DNA of 64,000 nucleotides from Chromatiales bacterium (GTDB lineage Bacteria; Pseudomonadota; Gammaproteobacteria; SZUA-140): assembly GCA_050486285.1 (NCBI GenBank), contig JBJHCZ010000003.1:23886-87885 (forward strand), read 5' to 3'. The notes beneath the pieces were generated by a model. It saw nothing but the letters and a program-made list of their open reading frames with translations. It did no database searches and was not told the origin of the DNA. The translations under genes were made by a program, and so were the position numbers. Numbering within the stretch: position 1 is the stretch's first letter; each line of letters starts with the position of its first letter. Shown here piece by piece: positions 50,693 through 61,538 of the stretch.

Positions 50693-52923
50693 CAGCCTCT
50701 CCCTCTCTCATTGCGCTCGTACTGCGCGGCGGTCACCGACGCGACGAGCTTGCGACCGACCTGGACCTCGCTGCCGCCGAAGATCACGAACTCCCTGCGA
50801 TCCGACTGCGAGCGGACCTTCGAGACCGATATACGCGTGGCGTGATGCGCCGGCTCGCCGGTACGGCTGTCGGTTGCGGTGCCGACGGCCCTAAGCGGAT
50901 TCGCGCCGTAACCGTTCGCATAGCGGCCGTAGCTGTCGTGCCCCTGGCCCAGCGGCACCGCGATCGCCTCGGGATGCATGCCCTTGTAGGTATAGACCCG
51001 CGTTTCGAAGGTGCCGTGTTCGGAACTGACATTGATGACGTCGCCGTTCTTCAGGCCGAGTCGGCCGGCGGTCGACGGATGGATCTCCGCCCACGAATCC
51101 CACACCACCTTGGTGACCGGGTCAGGCAGCTCCTGAATCCACGGGATATTGGCGTGACGGCCGTCCCACTTGGTCGGGTTCGGCGACGGCAGCAGCCAGA
51201 ACGGCCGCGAGGCATCGGCAGCCGGCTCGGCGACCCGGAACGAGGCCGGACGCGCGCTCAGCGCAGCGCCCGACGGCCTGCCGACCTCGAGCACGCCCTT
51301 CATCAGCGCCTGGCGCCAGAACGCATCCTCGGACGGCGCGCCGCCCTTGAGATCGACCGGCATCCCGGCGAAGGCCTTGCGCAGGTAATCGTGATAGTCG
51401 TCGAAACCGGCGTAGGCCTCGACGCCGCGCATCTTCAACAGCGCGAGCAGGGTGTCGCCGAAGCCGCGGGTCTGCGGATACAAGGGTTCCATCAGCGGCT
51501 GCTGCAGGCTGATGAACAGGCGGTCGGTGGCGACTGCCGGCACATGCGTGCCCCAGTCCTCGAGGCCGGAATACAGCGGCAGGATCAGGTCGGCAAGCTG
51601 CGCGGTCTCGTCCTCGAACATGGTCATGACGACCTTGAACGACGCCTTCTGCAGCTTGTCGCCGAGGCCGAGCGCCCGCGGCGTCGTGAACACCGGGTTC
51701 GCGCCCTTGATGAAGACGACGTCGTAACGGCCCTCGTCGAGCGCCTTCGCGAGTTCGAACATGCCCTTGCCGTTGCCGCCTCGCGCCTTCAACTGCGGGA
51801 ACGGGAATCCGGCGCCCGACTCGATGGTCTTGCCGACGTTGCCGAGGATCAGGTTTAGCGTCATTGCCGCAGCGACGTTGTCGTAACCGGAGACATGGCC
51901 CTCGGCCGACGCGCCGGCCAGCACCAGGCTCGGCGAGCGCTGATGCAGGACCTCGGCGATCTTGCGGATATGGGCCTCAGAGGTGCCGGTGAGGCCGGCA
52001 GCCCTGGCCGCATCATAGTTGCGGATCTGCGCCTGGACATCGTCCGGCAGCCCCGACAGGCTGCGGCCGTGCTTCGTTGCGAGTTCGTTGGCGATCGCCA
52101 GCGCCAGCACGCCCTCGGCGCCCGGTCGCACCGGCACCCACAGATCGGCGTTGCTGCCGGTCAGGGTCATCTTCGGCTCGGCCTGGATCAGCATGCCGCG
52201 CGGCGAGCTACGGAAATCGGCGTATTGCGCCGAGTACGGCACCGGCGCCTCCCAGGTGCCGAGGAAGTCGGCGCCGAGCGAGAAGATCGCGGCGGCCTTG
52301 TCGATGCGCAGGCGCGGCGTGGCCTCGCCCAGCATGTCGTTGCAGACCTGGCGCCACACCGAGTTGTTGATCACTTCGTGAACGTAGTGGTTCGACGAGC
52401 CGACCGCCTCCATGAAGGCATCGACCAGCACGGCCTGGTGGCCGCTGACGGTATCGGTGACCATCGCGACACGCTCGCCGCTGATACCGGCATCGGGACC
52501 GACCTTCTCGCGGATCAGCGCGATCGCCTCGTCCCAGCCGATATCGACGAAGGAACCGCCGCGACGCACGCGCGGGCGGGTCAGGCGATCCGGGTTGTAG
52601 TGCGTTTGCAGGCCGGACTGCCCCATTGCGCACAGCTTGCCCTTGTTCAGCGGCGACTCCGGGTTGCCCTCGAGTTTCAGCGCGCGGCCTTCGCGCACGC
52701 GGCCGTGAATACCGCAGGCGGTCGGACACTGCTGACAGGTCGATGCGTACCAGACGCCGACGCCCGGGATGACAAACTCTTCCGGCACCAGGTAGGCAAC
52801 GATCGGATTGCGGCCTTCCCTGTGGGTGATGAAGCTCGGCCGGTCACAGGCCGCGAGCGTCGCGCCGGCGCCGCCCCAGCCCAGCACTTTCAGAAAGGAT
52901 CTGCGTTTCATTTTAAGATTCAT
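50692..52923 (-). CDS. actB: Alternative Complex III molybdopterin-oxidoreductase-like subunit ActB1
   Basis: Tat signal MNLKMKRRSFLKVLGWGGAGATLAAC. N-terminal Cys cluster CQQCPTAC...C. Large MopB-like domain. Confidence 0.85.
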   Translation of the reverse strand: MNLKMKRRSFLKVLGWGGAGATLAACDRPSFITHREGRNPIVAYLVPEEFVIPGVGVWYASTCQQCPTACGIHGRVREGRALKLEGNPESPLNKGKLCAMGQSGLQTHYNPDRLTRPRVRRGGSFVDIGWDEAIALIREKVGPDAGISGERVAMVTDTVSGHQAVLVDAFMEAVGSSNHYVHEVINNSVWRQVCNDMLGEATPRLRIDKAAAIFSLGADFLGTWEAPVPYSAQYADFRSSPRGMLIQAEPKMTLTGSNADLWVPVRPGAEGVLALAIANELATKHGRSLSGLPDDVQAQIRNYDAARAAGLTGTSEAHIRKIAEVLHQRSPSLVLAGASAEGHVSGYDNVAAAMTLNLILGNVGKTIESGAGFPFPQLKARGGNGKGMFELAKALDEGRYDVVFIKGANPVFTTPRALGLGDKLQKASFKVVMTMFEDETAQLADLILPLYSGLEDWGTHVPAVATDRLFISLQQPLMEPLYPQTRGFGDTLLALLKMRGVEAYAGFDDYHDYLRKAFAGMPVDLKGGAPSEDAFWRQALMKGVLEVGRPSGAALSARPASFRVAEPAADASRPFWLLPSPNPTKWDGRHANIPWIQELPDPVTKVVWDSWAEIHPSTAGRLGLKNGDVINVSSEHGTFETRVYTYKGMHPEAIAVPLGQGHDSYGRYANGYGANPLRAVGTATDSRTGEPAHHATRISVSKVRSQSDRREFVIFGGSEVQVGRKLVASVTAAQYERNERGRG

Positions 52924-52983
52924 AGGGAAACCACTCCGTTCCAACCACGCCTTGTTCCGATTGCAAGCTCGCCGAGGCAACCG

Positions 52984-53652
52984 TCACTTGTGACATTTCC
53001 AGCAGTCGAACGGACCGTCGTTCGCCTCATGGCAACGTACGCAGAAACCCATCGTCAGCGGCCTGACCTTCTCGGCCACGGTCATCTTCCGGACCTGGCC
53101 ATGACAGAACGCGCAGACCTCTTCGGTGCGGTCGACGGACATGCCTTCGTTATTGAAGATGAAACGATCGAGGTGCTTCTCGTGCGTGAAGTGCACGAAA
53201 TCCGGGACGTCGTGAACCTTGACCCACGGAATCGGCTCGTTGTTTTCCCAGTACTGTTTGAGCTGCTGGATGCGCGGCTTGTCGGTCGCGATCGTCAGGT
53301 GGCAACCCATGCACTTGCTGGTCGGCGGGATGCCGGCGCTCTTGCTGCGACGCGCATAGGTATGACAGTACATGCAGGGGATTTCATTGACCTCGACATG
53401 GATGTCGTGGGGGAAATCGATCGGCTGCGGCACGTGCTTGCCGGAATATGTCGCGGTCGGCGCCACCGCATTCGGCACGCCCTGCGCGACGGCCTGTGAC
53501 GAGGCAAGCAGCGCGAAGACGGCAAAGGCGATCGCGGTGAAAAGATAAGCGGGAAGCGAGCTCGAGCGGGGTGAAATGACTGCTCGTCGGCCGATGGCTC
53601 CCGGCTGCCGGATGGACCGGAGTCCTGAGATTGATAGCGCGATAACTGACAT
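52984..53652 (-). CDS. actA: Alternative Complex III pentaheme cytochrome c subunit ActA
   Basis: Five CxxCH motifs: CMYCH, CMGCH, CAFCH, CVRCH, CWKCH. N-terminal TM anchor. Start at MSVIALS rather than the ORF-track MYLTS. Confidence 0.85.
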   Translation of the reverse strand: MSVIALSISGLRSIRQPGAIGRRAVISPRSSSLPAYLFTAIAFAVFALLASSQAVAQGVPNAVAPTATYSGKHVPQPIDFPHDIHVEVNEIPCMYCHTYARRSKSAGIPPTSKCMGCHLTIATDKPRIQQLKQYWENNEPIPWVKVHDVPDFVHFTHEKHLDRFIFNNEGMSVDRTEEVCAFCHGQVRKMTVAEKVRPLTMGFCVRCHEANDGPFDCWKCHK

Positions 53653-53778
53653 CTCCCCCTCAACTTCAGCTGATGTTAAGTACATTGAACCGGAGTCGCG
53701 ATGACGCCCGATGAACCATTGCCTCGCGACATGCCCCGGAGAAAAGCGGGACGCATCGCCCAGGTTTCGTTATCTGAG

Positions 53779-53792
53779 TGATCGTACGATCA
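53779..53792. promoter_or_regulatory. Perfect 14-bp palindrome TGATCGTACGATCA ~130 bp upstream of actA
   Basis: With flanks it reads GTGATCGTACGATCAA, which loosely resembles FNR (TTGAT-N4-ATCAA) and CRP (TGTGA-N6-TCACA) half-sites. An AT-rich TTAATTATTATTATTAA block follows at ~53911-53940. Confidence 0.35.
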
Positions 53793-54154
53793 AGCTGAAA
53801 GCGATTCGCCGGAAGGACACTCGGTCGGCGAATCCATTTTCCTCCTCGCACCGTCAGCAGCGCCGGGCTTCAAACGACCTCGGTCGTTCACTCGCCACAA
53901 ACTGCCACAACGGGTTTAATTATTATTATTAATGAACTATGGCGTCGAGGGTGGAATGGTAGATCAGGATGCTCGGATATGTCAACGCTGAAGGGCGCGT
54001 GCGAAATCATGCGCGCAGCATATTGCGCCGATGCAGCGATGATATCGAAAACAACGAATCTGGCGCGGTTGCGCGCGCGAATAACTGTACTGTTTATGTC
54101 AGTTTCGCGGCGAATGCCGGTTTTTCGACAAATACCCCAATTGCGGTAGAGGTA

Positions 54155-54913
54155 TCAGGCAGGATTATCGATGTCGATGAACACGAAATCGATGCCGGCA
54201 ACCTCTGCCAGATGACGCCCCAGCGCTTCGACGCCGTAAAGCTCGGTGGCATGATGCCCGGCGGCATAATAATGAATGCCCGCCTCGCGCGCGACATGGG
54301 TCGTGCGTTCGGAGATCTCGCCGCTGATATAGGCATCGACACCGATCCGCGTCGCGGCCTCGATATAATCCTGGGCGCCGCCCGTGCACCATGCGATGCG
54401 CTCTATCCTGCGGGCCTTGCCGGCCACATGCAGCGGCGCGCGACCGAGGGCCTGTCCGATATGTCGCACGAGCGCGGCGGGGTCGCGCGGGGTGCGCAGG
54501 CGGCCGCGGGCCAGCAGCGCCGGCTCGGCGAACGCGGGCGTCACCAGCTCCTGTTCTATGTCGAGCACACGCGCGAGTTGCGCGTTGTTGCCATAGACGG
54601 GATGGGCGTCGAGCGGCAGGTGATAGGCGAGCAGGCTCAGTTCCGCCGACAACAACCGGCGCATGCGCGCGAGCCTGATGCCGCGGAGGCGGAGGTCCTC
54701 GTTTTTCCAGAACCAGCCGTGATGAACCAGCAGCGCATCGGCGCCGCGTTCGATTGCGGCTTCGATCAATGCCAGGCTCGCAGTGACGCCGCCGACGACG
54801 CGGCGGACCGGTGCGCGGCCCTCGACCTGCAATCCGTTCGGGGCGTAGTCCGAAAATCGATGTATTTCAAGCAGCTCGTCGAGATAGCCGGCGAGACCGG
54901 CGGGATCGTTCAT
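54155..54913 (-). CDS. Nif3-family dinuclear metal-centre protein (YbgI-like)
   Basis: FSDYAPNGLQVEG and ALLVHHGWFW motifs typical of Nif3/YbgI. Confidence 0.8.
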   Translation of the reverse strand: MNDPAGLAGYLDELLEIHRFSDYAPNGLQVEGRAPVRRVVGGVTASLALIEAAIERGADALLVHHGWFWKNEDLRLRGIRLARMRRLLSAELSLLAYHLPLDAHPVYGNNAQLARVLDIEQELVTPAFAEPALLARGRLRTPRDPAALVRHIGQALGRAPLHVAGKARRIERIAWCTGGAQDYIEAATRIGVDAYISGEISERTTHVAREAGIHYYAAGHHATELYGVEALGRHLAEVAGIDFVFIDIDNPA

Positions 54914-54992
54914 CGCTTGCCCCGAAGTCATGTCATGCCCTTCATGCCGCTGTAAAAATCGGCGCGGACTTCTGTGCTAGAGTAGCCACAGG

Positions 54993-56165
54993 ATGCAGAT
55001 TCGCAAATTCTTTCCCTGGTTCAGCCAAGGCATTGTGATCGGCGTGGCGGTGGGCCTGCTGGTCGTGTTCCTGGCATCGACCTATCTGATCAAGCCCCGG
55101 CCAGTCGTCGAATTCCGCGAGGTCGCGCGCAGCGAACAGCCGCAATCACCGCTGCCGGGGCCGGTTTCCTATGCAGCGGCCGTCGATATCGCGGCGCCCG
55201 CCGTCGTAAACATACATACCACAAAAACCGTGACCCGGCGCGGATCGCCGCTGCTCGAGGATCCGGCCTTCCGGCGCTTCTTCGAGGAATTCATGGTGCC
55301 GCCGCGCCAGCGCCAGCAGACCAACCTCGGCTCCGGCGTCATCGTCAACGACCAGGGCTTTGTGCTGACCAACAACCACGTCATCGAAGGCTCCGACGAG
55401 ATACAGATCACGTTGCACGACGGGCGTACCGCGAAGGCGGCGATCGTCGGGACCGACCCCGAGAGCGACCTCGCGGTGCTGAAGATCCCGATGAACGACC
55501 TTCAGGCCATCACCTTCGGCGATTCCGAGCGCTTGCGGGTCGGCGACGTCGTGCTGGCGATCGGCAATCCCTTCGGCGTCGGGCAGACCGTGACCCAGGG
55601 CATCGTCAGCGCGACCGGCCGCAGCCAGCTCGGCATCTCGACCTTCGAGAACTTCATCCAGACCGATGCGGCGATCAATCCGGGCAACTCCGGCGGCGCG
55701 CTGATCAACCCGCACGGCGAGCTCCTCGGCATCAACACCGCGATCTTCTCGCGCTCGGGCGGTTCCCAGGGCATCGGTTTCGCGATCCCGACCAGCATCG
55801 TCAGGCAGGTGATGACGCAGATCATCGAGCATGGCGAGGCGATCCGCGGCTGGCTCGGCATCGAAATCCAGACGTTGACGCCCGAACTCGCGGAGTCCTT
55901 CGGCCTGCCCGACACCGCCGGCATCGTCATCGCCGGCGTCCTCTCCGACGGCCCCGCCGCGCGCGCCGGCCTGCAGCCGGGCGACATCGTCACCGCGATC
56001 GGCGGAATCGAGGTACCCGATGCCCGCGCCGCGCTGAACCTGATCGTCAAGGCCATGCCCGGCGAGTCGATCACGCTGAAAGGCCTGCGCAACGCCCAGC
56101 CGATCGAACTCAAGGTCACCGCCAGCAAGCGCCCGCAACCGGGCCACGCCCCGGGACAACGCTAA
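54993..56165 (+). CDS. degS: Periplasmic serine endoprotease DegS/AlgW-type (single PDZ, N-terminal anchor)
   Basis: Catalytic triad regions TNNHV, DLAVLK, GNSGGAL. One PDZ domain. N-terminal TM helix. Confidence 0.85.
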   Translation: MQIRKFFPWFSQGIVIGVAVGLLVVFLASTYLIKPRPVVEFREVARSEQPQSPLPGPVSYAAAVDIAAPAVVNIHTTKTVTRRGSPLLEDPAFRRFFEEFMVPPRQRQQTNLGSGVIVNDQGFVLTNNHVIEGSDEIQITLHDGRTAKAAIVGTDPESDLAVLKIPMNDLQAITFGDSERLRVGDVVLAIGNPFGVGQTVTQGIVSATGRSQLGISTFENFIQTDAAINPGNSGGALINPHGELLGINTAIFSRSGGSQGIGFAIPTSIVRQVMTQIIEHGEAIRGWLGIEIQTLTPELAESFGLPDTAGIVIAGVLSDGPAARAGLQPGDIVTAIGGIEVPDARAALNLIVKAMPGESITLKGLRNAQPIELKVTASKRPQPGHAPGQR

Positions 56166-56169
56166 TCAA

Positions 56170-56195
56170 ATCCCCCTTCGCTTGCGAAGGGGGAT
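56170..56195. terminator. GC-rich hairpin ATCCCCCTTCGC-TTG-CGAAGGGGGAT between convergent degS and tatC
   Basis: 11-bp stem. On the minus strand it is followed by TTGATT; the plus strand has no clear U-tract. Confidence 0.45.
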
Positions 56196-56197
56196 GG

Positions 56198-56965
56198 TCA
56201 GGGCTGCTTCTGCTCCTGCTCCTCCGTCGCCTTGGGCCGGTAGATCCGCGACAGTACCACGCCGAGTTCGAACAGCAGCCACATCGGGATCGCGAGCAGG
56301 GTCTGCGAGATCATGTCCGGCGGTGTCAGCAGCATGCCGAGCACGAAGGCGCCGACGATGACGTAGGGACGCTTGGCGGTGAGCTGCTGCGGCGTCGTCA
56401 CCCCCGCCCACACCAGCACGATGGTCACGATCGGCACCTCGAAGGCCAGCCCGAAGGCGAAGAACAGCTTGAGCACGAAGGACAGGTAATGGCTGATATC
56501 GGTCATCACCGTCACCCCCTCGGGCGCGGCGCTGATCAGGAAACCGAACACCAGCGGAAAGACGACGAAATACGCGAACAGCGCGCCGCCGTAGAACAGC
56601 AGCACGCTGGCGACCAGCAGCGGCAATGCGAGCCTGCGTTCGCTGCCGTACAGCCCCGGCGCGATGAAGCGCCAGACCTGGTGCAGAACGTACGGCATCG
56701 CGACAAAGAACGCGAGCACCAGCGTAAACTTGAACGGCACCAGGAACGGGGCGGCGACTTCGGTCGCGATCATCGTGCTGCCCTGCGGCAGGCGCTCGAT
56801 CAGCGGCACGGCCAGCAGCGTATAGAGGCGGTTCGCGAACGGGAACATCGCGAGGAAGATCACGCCGACGACGAGGACGATGCGCAGGATGCGCGAGCGC
56901 AGCTCGACCAGATGGGCGATCAGCGGCATTTCCGGGTCGGGGGGATACTTACGAGGGTTGGCCAT
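56198..56965 (-). CDS. tatC: Sec-independent protein translocase TatC
   Basis: Start [23 protein letters not shown]. Six TM helices. Confidence 0.9.
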   Translation of the reverse strand: MANPRKYPPDPEMPLIAHLVELRSRILRIVLVVGVIFLAMFPFANRLYTLLAVPLIERLPQGSTMIATEVAAPFLVPFKFTLVLAFFVAMPYVLHQVWRFIAPGLYGSERRLALPLLVASVLLFYGGALFAYFVVFPLVFGFLISAAPEGVTVMTDISHYLSFVLKLFFAFGLAFEVPIVTIVLVWAGVTTPQQLTAKRPYVIVGAFVLGMLLTPPDMISQTLLAIPMWLLFELGVVLSRIYRPKATEEQEQKQP

Positions 56966-57323
56966 CTCGCCCCTGCCCGGACACGCCGGGGGCTGCGGGA
57001 TCGGCGCGCAAACCGGGTTTCGCGTCGCCGGTCTCCCCTGCCTTGCCGCCCCCGGCAGGAGCATCGAGCGGTATCTGCGAACGCGCCTCGTCGAGCAGCT
57101 TGTGCAGTTCCGCGACCTCGCTCTCGCGCTCGACCAGTTTCCTGAGTTCTTCGGCGTGGGCCGCCTCGCGACTCAGCTCGTTCTTGAACTCGCTGGCGAA
57201 CTCGCGGGCGCGCCCGACCCACGAACTGACGCCGCGCAACAGGGCAGGCAGTTCCCGGGGGCCCACCACGACGAGCGCGACCACCGCGATCAGGGCCATT
57301 TCCAAGAAACCGATATCGAACAT
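56949..57323 (-). CDS. tatB: Sec-independent protein translocase TatB
   Basis: [27 protein letters not shown]-terminus. Long acidic tail. Confidence 0.8.
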   Translation of the reverse strand: MFDIGFLEMALIAVVALVVVGPRELPALLRGVSSWVGRAREFASEFKNELSREAAHAEELRKLVERESEVAELHKLLDEARSQIPLDAPAGGGKAGETGDAKPGLRADPAAPGVSGQGRDGQPS

Positions 57324-57373
57324 CAGGACTTCACTCCCGCCGCCGCCGGCGGCCTGCGGGGGACCCGCGAGCG

Positions 57374-57613
57374 TCAGGCCCGCTCGTTTTCCTTGGACTC
57401 GACCTTGCCTTCGATGACGCGCTCGCCTTCGCGGTGCTCGACAGACTCCTTCTTGCCCGCGTCGTCCTTGTCCTGTGACGGCTCGCGGACGGCGTCGCGG
57501 AAACCCTTCATCGCGCCGCCCAGATCCTTGCCCATGCCGGCGAGTTTCTTGGTCCCGAACAGCAGCACCACGATCAGCAGGATGATCAGCAGTTGCCAGA
57601 TACTAATGCCCAT
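57374..57613 (-). CDS. tatA: Sec-independent protein translocase TatA
   Basis: [24 protein letters not shown]; 79 aa. Confidence 0.85.
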   Translation of the reverse strand: MGISIWQLLIILLIVVLLFGTKKLAGMGKDLGGAMKGFRDAVREPSQDKDDAGKKESVEHREGERVIEGKVESKENERA

Positions 57614-57658
57614 TGCCTGGTTACCTCTCTGGATGTTCGTCCGGCCCGGCCGGGACCG

Positions 57659-57973
57659 TCATGTCCTTGCCGCCTTTTCCTCGATCCCCGAGCGCCCGAA
57701 GCGGCGTTCGAGTTCGGCGAGCACCTGGTCGGGGCCGAGCCCGCGATGGGCGAGCAGGACCAGGGTGTGGAACCACAGGTCGGCGGTTTCATGCACCAGG
57801 GCGGCGTCGTCACCCCCCTGGCCGGCGATCACGACCTCGGTCGCCTCCTCGCCGATCTTCTTGAGGATCGCCCCGGGGCCCTTGCGGAACAGCCCGGCGA
57901 CATAGGAGGCCTCGGGATCCGCCTGCTTGCGCGCCTCGAGGGTCGCGGCAAGTTCTCTGAGTACATGCTCCAT
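57659..57973 (-). CDS. hisE: Phosphoribosyl-ATP pyrophosphatase
   Basis: Start [16 protein letters not shown]. Motif [10 protein letters not shown]. Confidence 0.85.
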   Translation of the reverse strand: MEHVLRELAATLEARKQADPEASYVAGLFRKGPGAILKKIGEEATEVVIAGQGGDDAALVHETADLWFHTLVLLAHRGLGPDQVLAELERRFGRSGIEEKAART

Positions 57974-58011
57974 CGGCTTCGGAACCTCGGTTGCGCCCAT
58001 AATACCGCGTT

Positions 58012-58410
58012 TCAGCCGCCGGATTCACCATATATGTCCGCGGGATCGCGCAGGACGGGCTCCACGGCGCGCCATTCTTCACCTTCCAGCCGGCTGAAGA
58101 AACAGCTCTCGCGGCCGGTATGGCAGGCGATGCCGCCGACCTGTTCGACGCGCAGCAGGATGCAGTCGGTATCGCAATCGAGGCGGATCTCCCGCACCCG
58201 CTGCACATGGCCGGACTGCTCCCCCTTGCGCCACAAGCGTCCCCGCGAGCGCGACCAGAACACCGCCTGGCCGCTGCGCGCGGTCTCGGCCAGGGCCTCG
58301 CGATTCATCCACGCGAACATCAGCACCTTGCCGCCGGCCTCGTCCTGGACGATCGCCGGCACCAGGCCGTCCGGGGTCCACCTGATCTGATCGAGCCAGT
58401 CGCCGCTCAT
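58012..58410 (-). CDS. hisI: Phosphoribosyl-AMP cyclohydrolase
   Basis: LVPAIVQD...[10 protein letters not shown]...[12 protein letters not shown]...ACHTG. Confidence 0.9.
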   Translation of the reverse strand: MSGDWLDQIRWTPDGLVPAIVQDEAGGKVLMFAWMNREALAETARSGQAVFWSRSRGRLWRKGEQSGHVQRVREIRLDCDTDCILLRVEQVGGIACHTGRESCFFSRLEGEEWRAVEPVLRDPADIYGESGG

Positions 58411-58476
58411 CGGGTCGTCTCTTCGGGGTTTGCCCTATTATGCCCCGAATATACTTCGGGATGATGTCAGATGCGT

Positions 58477-58617
58477 TAACAGGCCGTTGAACGACGCCCG
58501 TCGGGTTTTCTCCGCGAATGGCTCGCCTCGCTGCCGCTGCGCGGCACCCTTCGGGCTCCGGCGAGGCTGCGCTTGACTTCGCTGCGCAAACCCGACAGGC
58601 GTCGTTCAACGGCCTGT
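58477..58617. repeat. ~145-bp structured repeat, copy 2 (intercistronic between hisF and hisI)
   Basis: Same core as copies 1 and 3. Terminal inverted repeats AACAGGCCGTTGAACGACGCCCGTCGGG / CCCGACAGGCGTCGTTCAACGGCCTGTT have one mismatch. Confidence 0.7.
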
Positions 58618-58623
58618 TCCTGT

Positions 58624-59409
58624 TTAATGCGGGTCGTCGAGGCGAACCGGGATGCCGCGGCTGGCCAGATAGCGCTTGGCCTCGCCGACCGTATGCTGGC
58701 CGTAATGAAAGATGCTGGCGGCAAGCACCGCGTCGGCCTTGCCGGCGAGCAGCCCGTCGGCGAGATGCTCGAGGCTGCCGACGCCGCCCGAGGCGATCAG
58801 CGGCACCGGCACCCTGTCGCTGACCGCGGCGTTCAGTTCGAGGTCATAACCGTCGCGGGTGCCGTCCCGGTCCATGCTGGTCAGCAGGATCTCGCCGGCG
58901 CCGAGCGCCGCGACCTGCTCCGCCCATTCGATCGCATCGATGCCGGTCGAACGGCGGCCGCCATGGGTGAACACCTCCCAGCGCGGCGCCCCGCCATTGC
59001 CGACGCGCTTGGCGTCGATCGCGGCGACGATACACTGGGAACCGAAGCGCTCGGCGGCCTGGCGGATGAAATCCGGATGGGCAATTCCGGCGGTATTGAT
59101 CGCGACCTTGTCGGCGCCGGCATTCAGCATGCGGCGGATGTCGGCCAACTCGCGGATGCCGCCGCCGACGGTCAGCGGAATGAACACCTGCTCGGCGACC
59201 TGCTCGACGACATGGACCATGGTCTCGCGCTCTTCGGCGCTGGCGGTGATGTCGAGAAACACCAGTTCGTCGGCGCCCTGGGCGTCATAGGCGCGCGCGA
59301 TCCCGACCGGATCGCCGGCATCGGCAATGTTCTCGAAACGCACGCCCTTGACGACCCGACCCTTGTCGACGTCGAGGCAGGGGATCACGCGTTTGGCAAG
59401 TCCGCTCAT
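58624..59409 (-). CDS. hisF: Imidazole glycerol phosphate synthase cyclase subunit
   Basis: [22 protein letters not shown]. Confidence 0.95.
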   Translation of the reverse strand: MSGLAKRVIPCLDVDKGRVVKGVRFENIADAGDPVGIARAYDAQGADELVFLDITASAEERETMVHVVEQVAEQVFIPLTVGGGIRELADIRRMLNAGADKVAINTAGIAHPDFIRQAAERFGSQCIVAAIDAKRVGNGGAPRWEVFTHGGRRSTGIDAIEWAEQVAALGAGEILLTSMDRDGTRDGYDLELNAAVSDRVPVPLIASGGVGSLEHLADGLLAGKADAVLAASIFHYGQHTVGEAKRYLASRGIPVRLDDPH

Positions 59410-60143
59410 CCGCCGCAGGCGTCCGCGAGCTTCTGGCACTCGGCGAAGTCGATCCTGTTTTCGTAGAGCGCGCGTCCGAGCACGGCGCCGACGATGCCTT
59501 CATTCGAAACCTCGCACAGGGCACGAATGTCATCGATGCTGGCGATGCCGCCCGACGCGATGACCGGTATCGTCACTGCGCGCGCCAGTTCGGCGGTCGC
59601 GCTCACGTTGACGCCACTCAACATGCCATCGCGGCTGATGTCGGTATAGATGATCGCGGTGACGCCGTCGCGTTCGAAATGACGGGCGAGATCGATGACG
59701 TCGTGATTCGACAGCTTCGACCAGCCGTCGATCGCGACCTTGCCGTCCTTCGCATCGAGCCCGACGATGACATGGCCGGGGTAGGCCAACGCCGCGTCGG
59801 CGACGAAATGCGGCTCGTTGACCGCGCCGGTGCCGATGATGACGTAGCTGACACCGCTGTCGAGGTAACGCTCGATGGTCTCCTCGTCGCGAATGCCGCC
59901 GCCGACCTGGATCGGCACCTCGGGCCAGGTACGGGCGATCTCGCGGATCACCTTGGCATTGACCGGCTTGCCCTGGATCGCGCCGTTGAGGTCGACGATG
60001 TGCAGGCGTCGTGCGCCGGCCTCCACCCATCGCCCCGCCATCGCCACGGGGTCGTCGGAAAAGACCGTCGAATCGTCCATGCGCCCCTGGCGCAGACGAA
60101 CGCACTGGCCATCCTTGAGATCGATGGCGGGTATCAACAGCAT
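59406..60143 (-). CDS. hisA: ProFAR isomerase
   Basis: [21 protein letters not shown] overlap with hisF. Confidence 0.95.
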   Translation of the reverse strand: MLLIPAIDLKDGQCVRLRQGRMDDSTVFSDDPVAMAGRWVEAGARRLHIVDLNGAIQGKPVNAKVIREIARTWPEVPIQVGGGIRDEETIERYLDSGVSYVIIGTGAVNEPHFVADAALAYPGHVIVGLDAKDGKVAIDGWSKLSNHDVIDLARHFERDGVTAIIYTDISRDGMLSGVNVSATAELARAVTIPVIASGGIASIDDIRALCEVSNEGIVGAVLGRALYENRIDFAECQKLADACGG

Positions 60144-60202
60144 GACTTCTCCCTCATCAGCATGATTGGCGGATAACGGTCACCGACGCTGCCGGTCGCG
60201 GC

Positions 60203-60847
60203 TCAGGGGGCCCCGTCCCAGGCAATGAAGTTCGCGAGCAGGGCGAGGCCGGCGCGCTGGCTTTTCTCGGGATGAAACTGCACGGCGAACATGTTATCGC
60301 GCGCGATTGCGGAAACGAAAGTCTCGCCGTACTCCGTCGTCGCGGCGACGACCGTCCCGTCGCGCGGCCGCACATGGTAGCTGTGCACGAAATAGAAGCG
60401 GCTGTCCTGCGCAATGCCTTCCCACAGCGGGTGGGGACGGGCGTAGTGCACGCCGTTCCAGCCCATGTGCGGGATCTTGCGCCGACCGCCCGCGTCCTCT
60501 GCGGCAGGCGCGACGAAACGGACGGTCTCGCCGGGAATGATGCCGAGTCCGGCGGTGCCGCCGTTTTCCTCGCTGCTGTCCATCAGTGCCTGCATGCCGA
60601 GACAGATGCCGAGAAACGGCCGTTTCGCCGCGCATTCGCGGACGACGTCGTCGAGTTCGAGGCGGTGCAGTTCGGACATGCAGTCGCGCAGCGCGCCGAC
60701 GCCGGGGAACACGACGTGGTCGGCGGCGAGGATGCGCTGCGGATCATAGCTCACGACCACGCGGCAGTCGCCGCCGGCATATTCCAGCGCGCGCGATACG
60801 GAACGGATGTTGCCCATCCCGTAGTCGATCACCGCTACCGTCGCCAT
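60203..60847 (-). CDS. hisH: Imidazole glycerol phosphate synthase glutaminase subunit
   Basis: Start MATVAVIDYGMGN. GATase triad GICLGMQ...HPEKS. The 334-aa ORF extension is rejected. Confidence 0.9.
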   Translation of the reverse strand: MATVAVIDYGMGNIRSVSRALEYAGGDCRVVVSYDPQRILAADHVVFPGVGALRDCMSELHRLELDDVVRECAAKRPFLGICLGMQALMDSSEENGGTAGLGIIPGETVRFVAPAAEDAGGRRKIPHMGWNGVHYARPHPLWEGIAQDSRFYFVHSYHVRPRDGTVVAATTEYGETFVSAIARDNMFAVQFHPEKSQRAGLALLANFIAWDGAP

Positions 60848-60896
60848 TGCACCCTGTCCATCATTCAGCCGGAAACCGGACGATATCAGAATCCGC

Positions 60897-61490
60897 TCAG
60901 AGGCTGCCCTTGGTCGACGGCATGATGCCCCGTCCGCGCGGATCCGGCTCGGCCGCGGCGCGCAGCGCACGGCCGAAGGCCTTGAACACTGTCTCGATGA
61001 TGTGATGCGCATTGACGCCGCGCAGGCAGTCGATATGTACGGTCGCCTGCGCGTGGTTGACGAACGCGCGGAAGAACTCCTGGAACAGGTCGACGTCCAT
61101 GTTGCCGACGCGGGCGCGCGGAAACGAGACGTGATACTCAAGACCGGGCCGCCCCGACAGGTCGATGACGACTCGCGACAGCGCCTCGTCGAGCGGGACG
61201 CAGGCATGGCCGTAACGACGCAGACCGGCCTTGTCGCCGACCGCCTTCGCGAAGGCCTGGCCGAGCACGATGCCGATGTCCTCGACGGTGTGGTGGTCGT
61301 CGATGTGCACGTCGCCCTCGGCCAGGACCTCGAGGTCGATCATGCCGTGACGCGCGATCTGTTCCATCATGTGGTTCAGGAACGGCACCGGCGTCTCGAA
61401 CTTCGACTGCCCCGTGCCGTCGAGATTGACGGTCACCGAGATCCCGGTCTCCCGGGTCTTGCGATTGACTGCGGCCTTGCGCTCCCCCAT
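60897..61490 (-). CDS. hisB: Imidazoleglycerol-phosphate dehydratase
   Basis: [18 protein letters not shown]...HHTVEDIGI...HHIIE. Monofunctional, 197 aa. Confidence 0.95.
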   Translation of the reverse strand: MGERKAAVNRKTRETGISVTVNLDGTGQSKFETPVPFLNHMMEQIARHGMIDLEVLAEGDVHIDDHHTVEDIGIVLGQAFAKAVGDKAGLRRYGHACVPLDEALSRVVIDLSGRPGLEYHVSFPRARVGNMDVDLFQEFFRAFVNHAQATVHIDCLRGVNAHHIIETVFKAFGRALRAAAEPDPRGRGIMPSTKGSL

Positions 61491-61538
61491 CTGCCCTCTC
61501 CGGTAAATCGTATATATGATGTCACATCGATTGCCGTC

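Noticed and set aside
53779-53792. Calling the actA-upstream palindrome a bona fide FNR or CRP site
   Set aside because: Half-sites and spacing (TGATC-GTAC-GATCA) fit neither TTGAT-N4-ATCAA nor TGTGA-N6-TCACA cleanly. Kept only as a generic candidate operator.
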